DNA from: an uncultured Chloroflexia bacterium
Lineage (GTDB): Bacteria > Chloroflexota > Limnocylindria > Limnocylindrales > CSP1-4
Assembly (NCBI GenBank): GCA_963763775.1
Contig: CAVXPZ010000004.1
Span: 64,001-128,000 of the forward strand
DNA length: 64,000 nucleotides
Direction of reading: 5' to 3'
Below are positions 28,292-38,100 of the stretch, piece by piece. The position numbers were made by a program, and so were the translations under genes. Within the stretch, counting starts at the first letter, position 1. Each line of letters opens with the position of its first letter. The notes beneath the pieces are model-generated. The model was given only the letters and a program-made list of their open reading frames with translations. It made no database searches and was not told the DNA's origin.

Positions 28292-29574
28292 GCGGCGCCA
28301 TCGACGGGGTGGCCGGCGAGCCGCCGGGCGCCGGGCGCCGCCGCATCGATCCGGGCCAGCGAGTCATCCCACGCCACGCGGTCAACCGGCCCCGGTAGGC
28401 ACCGAGCGCCGCGCCGGCCGTCGAGATCCCCGGCCAGCACCGAACGCACGCCGCCCGCCGCCTCGACGACGAACGCCAAATGGTCCGCCCGCGGACCCGG
28501 CGTCGTCACGACCCGCAGCGGCAGGTCTCCCGCATCGATCACGTCGCCGTCGGCGAGTTCGCGGACCGGGTATGGGAGCGGCCGGCCGCCGCCCGGCCCC
28601 ACGAGCACCGAGACGCCCAGCTGCTCAGCCAGGGCCTCGGCGCCGGCCGCATGGTCGGGGTCGACATGGGTCAGCGCGATCGCCGCGATCGTGCCGCCGC
28701 GCGCCGCCGTCTCGGCCACGGCACGCTCCAGACCCGGACCCGTCGGGTCGCCCGGATCCACGAGCACGAACGAGCGATGCCCGACGAGATACGCGTTGAC
28801 CGGTTGACCCGCGACGCCGCCGCCGGCCGGCATCTCGATGCGGACGACGCCGTCGCCGAGATCCTCGACCTCGAGCCGGCCGAGCGTCGATGGCGCCAGT
28901 CGCGACGCGACGTCCTCGAACCTCTCGAGATGCTCGAGCTGCTGGAGCGTCGACGAGGTCGGCAGCCAGAAGCCGAGTCGGCCGTCCGCCATGGCCTCGA
29001 GCGCGTCCGCCGGGCGCATCCAGGCCTGCGCGGCCACCTCGTCGCCTTCGATGGACGCCACCGAGCCCTCCGGCAGCGCGGCCGCGAAGAACCGCGCGTC
29101 GAACCGGCGCGGATACCCGGCAGGCGTGACCCAGCGCGAGAGCGGCGTCAGCCAATCGGTCCGCAGGGTGAGGTCGAGCTGCGCGGCCAGCGCGGTGAAT
29201 CCGATCTCGCCGCCGACCAGCGCCGAGCGCGCGGCTCCCAGCATCCCGGGCGACGACGGGGGCGCGTCCGCGAACAGGACGCCGGCTTCCTCGAAGGCTT
29301 CCCGGATCGCGGCGATGAACGCGGCGATCGCCTCGTTCGGCTCCAGGTCGCCGCCCATGACGGCCGCCGCTTCGTCAGGCGTGCGGACGGACCGCGCGAC
29401 GAGGCTCGGGTGCGCATCCGACGGATCGACGCGACCGCCCGGGAACACGTGCACGTCGGGCGCGAACGCCATCGATGCCGGCCGGCGGCCGAGCAGCACC
29501 TCCGGCCCGGACGAGGTCGGGCGCATGAGCACGACCGTCGCGGCCGGCCGCGGCTCGACCGACGGCTCAGCCAC
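28288..29574 (-). CDS. NUDIX hydrolase fused to a metallo-beta-lactamase-fold domain
   Basis: AATVVL, FPGGRVD...[13 protein letters not shown] and RRFDARFF; then VDPG, THVDPDH, GD and GH. Confidence 0.85.
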   Translation of the reverse strand: MAEPSVEPRPAATVVLMRPTSSGPEVLLGRRPASMAFAPDVHVFPGGRVDPSDAHPSLVARSVRTPDEAAAVMGGDLEPNEAIAAFIAAIREAFEEAGVLFADAPPSSPGMLGAARSALVGGEIGFTALAAQLDLTLRTDWLTPLSRWVTPAGYPRRFDARFFAAALPEGSVASIEGDEVAAQAWMRPADALEAMADGRLGFWLPTSSTLQQLEHLERFEDVASRLAPSTLGRLEVEDLGDGVVRIEMPAGGGVAGQPVNAYLVGHRSFVLVDPGDPTGPGLERAVAETAARGGTIAAIALTHVDPDHAAGAEALAEQLGVSVLVGPGGGRPLPYPVRELADGDVIDAGDLPLRVVTTPGPRADHLAFVVEAAGGVRSVLAGDLDGRRGARCLPGPVDRVAWDDSLARIDAAAPGARRLAGHPVDGAA

Positions 29575-31606
29575 CGGACGCGACCAGCTCCGCTCGGAGC
29601 GCCTCGGGATCGGTGACCGGGAGCCGGCAGACGAAGCCTCGGCAGACGTACGCCGTCGGCCGCCCACCCACAGCGATGCGATCGGCGAGCAACGGGACCG
29701 CCGAGGCGTCCGGCGTGGCGCTCAGCGCCACGACCTGGTGCGGCCGGTAGCCGCGCGTCGTCTCGGCGACGAGCGCGCGCGTCGCGGGATCGGCCGGGTC
29801 ACCCACGATCGCGACCTCGACCGCGGGCGAGAAGGCGAGGTCCAGCCCGACGAGCCACTGGGCGAATCCCGTCGGGTAGCGGGGCAGGTAGGCCGTGACC
29901 GTTCGGAAGGCCGCCTCGGCGGCATCCCGGTAGCGGCCCTCGCCCGTCCAGGCCGCCAGGCGGAGCAACACCAGGACGGCCATCGCATTCCCGGACGGCG
30001 TGGCGTTGTCCTGCGGGTCCTTGGGCCGGGTGACGAGCCGCTCGTGGTCGTCGGCGGTGTCGTAGAAGCCGCCGGCCGGGTCGGCGAACCGGGCGAGCAC
30101 CCGGTCCATCAGCGCCCGGGCGGTCGAGAACCACCGCTCGTCGAACGTGGCCTCGTAGAGGGCAAGCAGGCCATCCGCGAGATTCGCGTAGTCCTCGAGC
30201 ACGCCTTGGCCGGTGGCGCGACCGTCCTTCCAGGACCGCGAGAGCGAGCCGTCGGCGGCGAGCAGCCCACCCGTGATCGCGGTCGCGGCCGCCACCGCGG
30301 CTTCCACGTAGCGTGGCTCGTCGAGCAATCGGCCGGCCTCCGCAAAGGCGGCGATCGCCAGCCCGTTCCAGGCGGCCAACGCCTTGTCGTCGCGAGCCGG
30401 CTGCGAGCGGGTCGCGCGTCGGGCCAGCAGCCGCGCCCGCGCGTCGGCGAGCCGTGCCTCGAACGCGGCGTCCTCCCGCGACGGCGGCGGGGTCTGGATG
30501 TCCGGCCATACCCGCGAGAGGATCGTCCGGTCCTCCCAGTTGCCCTCGTCGGTCACCCCGTAGGCGGCCATGAACGGCTCGGCGTCGTCGCCCAGGACGT
30601 CGCGGATCTCCGCGGCCGTCCACACGAAGGTGAGGCCCTCCACGCCGTCCGTGTCGGCATCCTGGCTCGAGGCGAAGGCGCCGTCCGGCAGCCGGAGCTC
30701 GCGGAGCAGGTAGTCGAGCACCCCGACGGCAACGTCGCGGAATTGCGCGTCATCGGTCGCCGCCCAGGCATGGAGGTACACCCGCGCGAGCTGCGCGTTG
30801 TCGTACAGCATCTGTTCGAAGTGCGGCACCAGCCACGCCGGGTCCGTGGCGTATCGATGGAAACCGCCGCCGAGCTGGTCGTGGATCCCGCCGTCGGCCA
30901 TCTTCTCGAGCGTGAACCTCGCGACGGTGCTGAGCCGCGGCGCTCCGCCTGCCAGCCGCCGCAGCGCGTAGTCGAGCGTCATCGGCTGCGGGAACTTGGG
31001 CGCGCCGCCCCACGACCCGTTGCGCGCGTCGAACGTCGAGAGCAGCGCCTCGTCCACGACCTCCAGAAGCTCCGGCGTGGGCGTCTCCGGGTCCACCTCG
31101 GTCCGCTGCCGCTCGACGAGCGCGCTGACCAGCCGCAGCCCGGCCGACTCCACCTCGCCGCGCTGCTCGCGCCACGTGCGGTCGACGCCCTCGAGGACTT
31201 GCCGGAACGACGGCATCCCGTGCCGCGGTTCATCCGGGTAGTACGTCCCGCCGTAGAACGGGTTGCCGGACGGCGTGAGGAAGACCGACATCGGCCAGCC
31301 GCCGCCCCCGGTCATCGCCTGGACCGCGCTCATGTAGACCTGGTCGAGGTCGGGCCGTTCCTCGCGGTCGACCTTGATCGAGATGAAATGGTCGTTGAGG
31401 TATCGGGCGGTGGCGTCGTTCTCGAAGGACTCGCGCTCCATCACGTGGCACCAATGGCACGCGGCGTAGCCGATCGAGAGGAAGATCGGGCGGTCGAGGA
31501 TCTTTGCGCGAGCCAGGGCGTCTGGGCCCCACGGGAACCAGTCGACGGGGTTGTTCGCGTGCTGCAACAGGTAGGGACTGGTCTCGCCGGCCAGGCGGTT
31601 CGGCAT
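29567..31606 (-). CDS. YyaL/SSP411 thioredoxin-domain protein
   Basis: [40 protein letters not shown] and PHFE motifs. Confidence 0.95.
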   Translation of the reverse strand: MPNRLAGETSPYLLQHANNPVDWFPWGPDALARAKILDRPIFLSIGYAACHWCHVMERESFENDATARYLNDHFISIKVDREERPDLDQVYMSAVQAMTGGGGWPMSVFLTPSGNPFYGGTYYPDEPRHGMPSFRQVLEGVDRTWREQRGEVESAGLRLVSALVERQRTEVDPETPTPELLEVVDEALLSTFDARNGSWGGAPKFPQPMTLDYALRRLAGGAPRLSTVARFTLEKMADGGIHDQLGGGFHRYATDPAWLVPHFEQMLYDNAQLARVYLHAWAATDDAQFRDVAVGVLDYLLRELRLPDGAFASSQDADTDGVEGLTFVWTAAEIRDVLGDDAEPFMAAYGVTDEGNWEDRTILSRVWPDIQTPPPSREDAAFEARLADARARLLARRATRSQPARDDKALAAWNGLAIAAFAEAGRLLDEPRYVEAAVAAATAITGGLLAADGSLSRSWKDGRATGQGVLEDYANLADGLLALYEATFDERWFSTARALMDRVLARFADPAGGFYDTADDHERLVTRPKDPQDNATPSGNAMAVLVLLRLAAWTGEGRYRDAAEAAFRTVTAYLPRYPTGFAQWLVGLDLAFSPAVEVAIVGDPADPATRALVAETTRGYRPHQVVALSATPDASAVPLLADRIAVGGRPTAYVCRGFVCRLPVTDPEALRAELVASGG

Positions 31607-31785
31607 CGGGTCAGTTTGAACGAACCGGGCCCCCGGCGGCATCTATACAGGTAGGAGGCGGAACATCGGTGACCGACGGCACCAGATAGCGTGGATGACG
31701 GGCAGATATGGGCCCGGTGGTATGGTCTGCCGGACCGGACTGGCGTTACCCTGAAACCCGCCTCGGAATGGAGTGCCCTCCTGTC

Positions 31786-33513
31786 GTGAGACGGCTAGGT
31801 TCGATCGTCGCGGCGCTGCTCCTGGCTGGTCTGCTGGCACCGGCCCTACTCGTGGCGCCTGTCGCCGCCGCGTCGCCCGCCGTTCCCAAGGTGGTGATCG
31901 TCGTGGGTCCCGCTGGCGTGGCCACGGACCGCTATCGCGCGGAGGCGCGCGCCGCCGCCGACGTCGCCCGCAAGTACACCCCGGACGTGGCGGAGATCTA
32001 CTCCCCCAACGCCACGTGGCCGGCCGTGAAGAAGGCGCTCAAGGGCGCCAGCCTCGTGATCTACATGGGCCACGGCAACGGGTTCCCGAGCCGGTACCGC
32101 GACAGCCTGTACCCGCCGACCCAGAACGGCTTCGGGTTGAACCCGCAGGCCGGGACGAACGACAACACCACGCATCAGTACTTCGGGGAGAGCCGCGTCG
32201 CGAGCGTCGACCTCGCGCCCGACGCCGTCGTCCTCCTCAACCATCTCTGCTATGCCAGCGGCCTCTCGGAGCCGGGGCTCGCGGAAGGGACCCTCGACCA
32301 GGCCAAGCAGCGGGTCGACAACTTCGCGGCCGGGTTCATCCGGGCCGGCGCATCCGCGGTCATCGCCGAGGCGTACACCAGCCCGTCCCGGTACGTCGCC
32401 GCGATCCTGGGCAGCCACCGCACGATCCAGTCGATCTGGAACACGTCGCCCACGGCGAACAGCAACACGTTCGCGTACGCGAGCGAGCGCAGCCCCGGCT
32501 ACGTGGCCGAGATGGACCCCGTGAACGTCACCTCCGGCTTCGAGCGCTCGATGGTGCTCAAGCAGGGCCTCGCCTCGAGCGACGTCCAGGCCGGCGCGCG
32601 CGGTACGCGACTCGGCACGACCGGCGGGTTCTCCACGGGCGACCCCGGCCTCCCGAGCCTCACGGCGACGGGCCTGCGACTCTCGGTCCCGACGATCCTC
32701 GGCGCGACCAGCGTCAGCCGGCGAGCCGATCTGAAGCTGCCGTTCAGGATCAAGGACCGCGGCCGGCTGCCGAAGGTGCTCGAGGCGAGTGTCCGCTGGG
32801 ATCCCGTCGACGTGGCCACCGGCGCAGCCGTGCCGTCCACGACCACGACCTCGCCCAGCCCGACGCTGCTGCTGCCCTCCAGCCCGCCCACGGACCTCGA
32901 TCTGGTCGCCGCGGAGCAGACCGGCACGCTCGTCGCACCAGCCGCCCTGACGATCGGCAAGAAGAACCTCTCCATGGGCGTGAGCCTGCCGTCAGCGCCC
33001 GGTCGCTACCGCATGACGATCACGCTCCACGACCGCGATGGCGTGGCCTATGACGGCGCCACACAGGCACTTCTGCCCACGCTCATCGTCCGCGTCACGG
33101 GCGACCCGGACGGTGCGGTCCTTGCCGCGCCATCGAACACGCTGGCAGCCGGGTCCCATGTCTCGCTACCGGTGCGAGTCGTGAACCTCGGGACCGCGGC
33201 CTGGGGTCACGACCGCGTGAAGAACACCAGGGACCCGGACCGGATGTCGCCGGCGCTCGCCGCCGAGCTCGTCGGTCACTGGATCGCCCTCGGCGACGGG
33301 GCGGTCTTGACGATCCCCGCTGAGGTGAGCACGACACTCGCCCCCGGCCTCGCCCCAGGCGCGGAAGCCGACGCCCCGATCGACATCGACGTCCCGACCG
33401 TTCCCGGCGACTACATCCTGCTGCTCGACGTCGTGACGCCCGAGCACGGCTCGCTGACGGCCGTCGGCGTCGCGCCGACCATCGTCCGCGTCAAGGTCGT
33501 CGCCCCGGGCTGA
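31786..33513 (+). CDS. Secreted protein with clan CD (caspase/gingipain)-like N domain and beta-rich C-terminal domains
   Basis: Signal peptide ending VAAA; IYMGHG and LLNHLCYASG resemble a His/Cys dyad. Confidence 0.7.
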   Translation: MRRLGSIVAALLLAGLLAPALLVAPVAAASPAVPKVVIVVGPAGVATDRYRAEARAAADVARKYTPDVAEIYSPNATWPAVKKALKGASLVIYMGHGNGFPSRYRDSLYPPTQNGFGLNPQAGTNDNTTHQYFGESRVASVDLAPDAVVLLNHLCYASGLSEPGLAEGTLDQAKQRVDNFAAGFIRAGASAVIAEAYTSPSRYVAAILGSHRTIQSIWNTSPTANSNTFAYASERSPGYVAEMDPVNVTSGFERSMVLKQGLASSDVQAGARGTRLGTTGGFSTGDPGLPSLTATGLRLSVPTILGATSVSRRADLKLPFRIKDRGRLPKVLEASVRWDPVDVATGAAVPSTTTTSPSPTLLLPSSPPTDLDLVAAEQTGTLVAPAALTIGKKNLSMGVSLPSAPGRYRMTITLHDRDGVAYDGATQALLPTLIVRVTGDPDGAVLAAPSNTLAAGSHVSLPVRVVNLGTAAWGHDRVKNTRDPDRMSPALAAELVGHWIALGDGAVLTIPAEVSTTLAPGLAPGAEADAPIDIDVPTVPGDYILLLDVVTPEHGSLTAVGVAPTIVRVKVVAPG

Positions 33514-33540
33514 CGCCGACGCCTGACCGCGATCGCGACG

Positions 33541-34086
33541 TCAGCGGCTCGCCAGCGCCTCCGCCCGCAGTTTCGCCAGGTACGCCGACGCTTCCTTGTA
33601 GTTGGGCCACGTCACGTCGTGCTCGTACGGGACCGGCGTGTCATGGAGACGGTGACCACCGTCGGGCAGGACCCCACTCGGGCCGGCGGCACGAAGCAGG
33701 TCCACGTCGAGGGTCGCGAGGTCCGCCCCGAGCTGGTGGGCCAGCGCCAGATAGTGCGCGTCGTACGCGGTCAGGCCGTAGCGCTCGATGTGGTCGACCG
33801 TCAGCAGCAGCAAGGTGCGATCCGGATCGATCGTCGTGATCGCCAAGTCCTCGAGGGCATCGACGGCTCGAAGCATCTCCTCGCTGGAATAGCGATGCTT
33901 CCGAGCCAGCGGGTTCAGGACCTCGATCCAGAACAGGGAAGGGACGAGCATCTCGCGATCGAGTCGTGCCCATCCAGCGATCGAAGCGCGGATGCCCGCG
34001 GCGGCGGGCTCGTCGCGAACGACCGCGATGCCGACCGACGCATCAAGGACGACGGGTGGCAGCTCGCTCGGCGACGCTTCGGTCAC
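33541..34086 (-). CDS. vapC: VapC PIN-domain toxin
   Basis: VVLDAS, EV.N, YDAHY and LATLD acidic PIN residues. Confidence 0.9.
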   Translation of the reverse strand: MTEASPSELPPVVLDASVGIAVVRDEPAAAGIRASIAGWARLDREMLVPSLFWIEVLNPLARKHRYSSEEMLRAVDALEDLAITTIDPDRTLLLLTVDHIERYGLTAYDAHYLALAHQLGADLATLDVDLLRAAGPSGVLPDGGHRLHDTPVPYEHDVTWPNYKEASAYLAKLRAEALASR

Positions 34087-34397
34087 GACTCGACCTCCTT
34101 CGGAGGGTCATCCCGGTCGCGATCCATGCGGATGGCCTCGGCGGCATCCGGGTCGCCCGGTCGAGGCGGGTACTTCTCCCGCATCTCCTTGCCGAATGCC
34201 GTGAGTCGATCAAGGGCCTCCAAGCGGCGTTGACGGATGGCGTCGCGCTCCTCGGTCAGCCGACGACCGTCCTCGACCGACACCAGGTACGCCAGCGGCC
34301 GATGGTCCCGCTCGATGGCGATCCGTTCGCCCGCCGACGCAGCGTCAAGGATCTCGCCGAGTTTCAGGCGCAGCTCCGTGGCGGTGATGGTCCTCAT
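34083..34397 (-). CDS. vapB: Phd/YefM family antitoxin
   Basis: TITATELR..LGEILD...GERI.I.R..RPLAYLV; 4-nt overlap with the toxin gene. Confidence 0.9.
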   Translation of the reverse strand: MRTITATELRLKLGEILDAASAGERIAIERDHRPLAYLVSVEDGRRLTEERDAIRQRRLEALDRLTAFGKEMREKYPPRPGDPDAAEAIRMDRDRDDPPKEVES

Positions 34398-34399
34398 GG

Positions 34400-34433
34400 C
34401 TAGTCATACTAATCAGTCATCATAGCCTGTCAA
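34400..34433 (-). promoter_or_regulatory. Sigma70 promoter of vapBC, leaderless, with ATGACT repeats as possible operator
   Basis: TTGACA (34428-34433), 16 nt, TAGTAT (34406-34411), 8 nt, ATG. Confidence 0.7.
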
Positions 34434-34452
34434 GGCGTAGGATGCCCCCGAT

Positions 34453-35076
34453 ATGACCGAATCCAACGCTGTTCCGGGCTTCGTCCCGAGCCACAACGGG
34501 CTGCACTTCGCCAACCGGTTCGAGTCGGGACCGACCGTCCGGCTCGGCTTCCTGGACCCTCGGATCGTGGGCATCGGCGACGCATCCGCCGGCCTCTGCG
34601 GCGGCATGTGCTGGTTCGTCCGCGAGCGGTTCGAGGCCGGTGTGGCGATCCCGGGCGACCAGGCGGCACCAGCGAACGGCTCGCCGCTGTTCCAGGCCAT
34701 CGTGCGCCGCCAGGTGCTGTCGCTCGACTGGCTGCGTGGCCCGCTCCGCTTCTGGCTCGCGTCCGGGATGGGTGCCGGTCCTGCGGCGCAGCGCACCCGC
34801 GAGACCGAGTGGCCGAAGCTCCGGGCGGCCATCGATCAGGGGCACCTGCCGATGCTCGGGCTCATCCGCCATACGGGCTGGAACCCGTTCGGCCTCAGCC
34901 AGGACCACCAGGTGCTGGCGTTCGCCTACTCGACCGACGGGCCGACCGGCTCGACGACGATCCGCGTCTACGACCCCAACTGGCCGGACCGCGACGACGT
35001 CACGCTCACCATCGACGCGTTCGGCCTGCGCCAGAACTCCGGCGAGCCGCTGATGGGGTTCTTCGTCCAGACCTGA
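34453..35076 (+). CDS. Hypothetical protein, papain-like Cys-His-Asp fold candidate
   Basis: GLCGGM...HQVLAFAY...VYDPN. Confidence 0.7.
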   Translation: MTESNAVPGFVPSHNGLHFANRFESGPTVRLGFLDPRIVGIGDASAGLCGGMCWFVRERFEAGVAIPGDQAAPANGSPLFQAIVRRQVLSLDWLRGPLRFWLASGMGAGPAAQRTRETEWPKLRAAIDQGHLPMLGLIRHTGWNPFGLSQDHQVLAFAYSTDGPTGSTTIRVYDPNWPDRDDVTLTIDAFGLRQNSGEPLMGFFVQT

Positions 35077-35117
35077 CGCCGGCCGGGCCCCCAAGCACCG
35101 GCCGGCGCGGCTCTCGG

Positions 35118-38100
35118 CTACTGGGTGGCGTTCGCGATCTCGAGGTTCTGTGCGGGGAGCGTCGCGCCGCGATCCCGGATGATCGATGACTGGATGACGG
35201 CCGGCTCCCACCGATACGAACCGGGCGTCACCACGCGCGCGATGTAGCGGAGCTGGTGGACCGGGTTGCGGTCGCGCGTGACGCAGAAGTCCACGCGCTG
35301 ACCGTCGACCCGGAACGGGTACTCGTAGCGAGGCGACGGCGCCTTCCTCGTCCCCGGCGTCCCAGCCCGCGGGTCGCCCGAGCGGCCGCCAGGCCGGACG
35401 GAACAAGGTCCGTCACCAACCAGCAACCGTCGTCGGCACCGCTCCCCAACCCGACGTACAGGTCCACGATCACGAGGCCGTCGGCGGGGATCGGTCCCAG
35501 CCGGCTGGACCTCTCGCCGGAAGGTGGTCACGTCGTCGCCGTGCAACGACTTGGGATCCAGCGGCCCCTCCCAGCTCGTCGTCACGATGACCGACCCGCT
35601 GACCGGCGCGATCGCGGCGCCGGCCAGTTGCGCGGGTGTCAGCGACAGCCAGCTCGGGGACTCGGGAGCGATGGCCACTCGTTTCGTGGCGCCGTCCACC
35701 GTCACGGTGGCGGCGGCATCCTGACCCGGCACGCGCTCGGCCCACGAGCGTGCGGCGATCGCGCGCGGCAGGTCGATGAGCGTGTCCGTCGGAGGGTTCG
35801 CCGCGACATAGGCGTCCATGTCGGCCGCCAGCGGGTCCCCGAGCCCGGCTGCGACCATCCCCAGCAGGGCCGTGGTCGTGATGCTGGTCTCGCGGTCGTC
35901 GAGCGAGAGACGGACCCACGGTCCCTGGCGCTCGCCGTCGGCGGCGAGGATCTCGTGCTCGAGTTGCTCGGCGTACGTCTCGTCGCCGGCCGCCAGGGCG
36001 GCCACGGCGAGCCACGTCCGGTCGATCGGCGTCGCCCGCGAGAAGCGAGCTGCGGTGCGGACCTGGTCAAGGACCGGCTCGCCGAGCGCGGCCAGGCCGG
36101 CGAGCGCCACCGCGCGCCGAGCGCGCGGCTCGGCGGGCTCGCTGTAGATCGAGTCGATGAACCCGCGGAGGCCCTCGCGATCGATCCGCTGGTCGTTCGA
36201 CAACGCCGCCAGCACGGACATCTCGAGGTCCGGCGAGGCGTAGGGCAGGAGCGCCACGCCACCGCCCGGCTGCTGGAACGCCGTGACGTCGGTATCCGTG
36301 GTGCCGAGCCAGTCGGCCGGCATCGCGAAGTCGTCGCGGAGGGTGTCACGGGCGATCCGCGCCGCCAGCGCGTCGTCGACGCGACCCGTGCCGCGATCCG
36401 CGATCGAGAGCAGGATCGGCACGACCCGCCCGCGACCGCCGTCCGACAACGCGATCGTCGTGAACCCCGATGTCCCGCTCGGCAGGGTGAAACCGGTCGT
36501 CAGCGGCGCGCTCGTGGTCCGTCCCTGGACCGCACGGGTGTCGACGACGTGGATGGTGCGGATGAGGGTGTCCTTGAGCGTCGCGGCACCGGTCCCGCTC
36601 GTGGCCGCGACGGTGATCCGGTGGTCGCCCACCTTCAACGCGGGCAACGTGACACTGGCCGCGGCGAAGGCCGGCGCCGAGACCGTCGTGCCGCCGAGCC
36701 CCAGCGATGCGGCCGTGACCGTGAACGACACCGGCGCGCCCGTCCCGAGCGCCGAGCCGTAGCCACGCATCCGCAGGACGGGCGTCTCGCCCGTCAGGTA
36801 CTCGGGCGCGATCGCGGTTTCGACGAAGAACGGCTTGCCGACCGGGATCTTCACGGTCGAACCCCCGGCGTCGAGGCCACGGTCGAGGCCGGAGGCGACG
36901 ACACGCCACGACGTCAGGTCGTCTGACGTGTCGAACTCGACCGACGCCGTCCCGTCCGATGCGGTGTCCACGACCTTGAACAGCAGCCAGTCGCGGAAGT
37001 CCTCACGGTCACCACCGCCGCCGCCCGTGTCCCCGCCTTCGCTGCCGGTACTAGGCGCACGATGCGACCAGGCCGTGGCGATGACCCCGTCGCGCACCCA
37101 CGAGTAGAGGGAGTCGAGGATGTCGATGTCGTTGGCGGCGCCGATCGCGTAGAGCTTCTCGTCCACCGCCTGGACGAGCACCGTGGCGGCCACCGGATGT
37201 CCGCTCGGATCAGTCGTCCGGATCGCGATCCGGACGTGGCCCCCGGGCTCATATCGCGCGGCGTCCGGGGTGAGCGCGACCTGGAGTCGGCGGTCCGCGG
37301 TATCGAACTGCGCGCCGTACACATCGCTGACTTCGTAGGCCTTGCCCGTGAACCGGACGCCGCGGATATCGGCATTCGGCACCCAGGATCGCGGGAATGT
37401 CACAGCGAAGGCCGGGCCATCCTGCACGCGCACGGTCCGGACGCCCTGGTGCGCGACGGTGAAGAGGTACCGATCGACCGACGGGACCGGGTGGCCCGCC
37501 GTCATCGTGACGTGCACGCGATCGCCGATCGAGTACGACACGCCGTTCCCGTTCGGGTCCGTGGGGACGACGAGCCGCGGCGATGCGTCCTGGAAGTCGA
37601 CCTGCGATGCCGACGCGTCCGTGGTCGTCTCGACCTGGCGACCGGCCTCATCCGTGTACCGCGCGAGGATCCGGTACGACCGCTGTCCGCCGGTGACCTG
37701 CATGACGAGCCGATACGTCCCGGCCGCGTCGGTCGTCACCGTTCGGTCGCCGAGCTTCACGTCGCGCTCGCCGTACTCGTAGACGGGCGCGGCGCGCTTG
37801 GTGACGAAGTCGTAGGTCGTCCCGATCTTGTGCCGGGTTGGGATCACCTCGGTGATCGTCAACGTGACGCGTGCCCCGGCGCGCGGCGCCCCGGCCGGGT
37901 CGACGCCCCAGTCTCCGACGTCGGCGGTCGCCATCCTGGCGAAGTCGACATCGTTGACCGTCCCGGTGACCGTCAGGGACCGACCGTCAAGGCCGGCCGA
38001 CGCGCCGACGAGCGCGGTCGAGCGGAAGACCGCCACCGATGTGTGCCCCATGATGCTTGCCTCTTCCGGCAGCGTCGGCGAGGCGGTGATGTCCTGCCAG

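Noticed and set aside
31607-31785. Possible riboswitch in the leader of the secreted clan-CD-like gene
   Set aside because: No recognisable consensus blocks; the length fits two divergent promoters.
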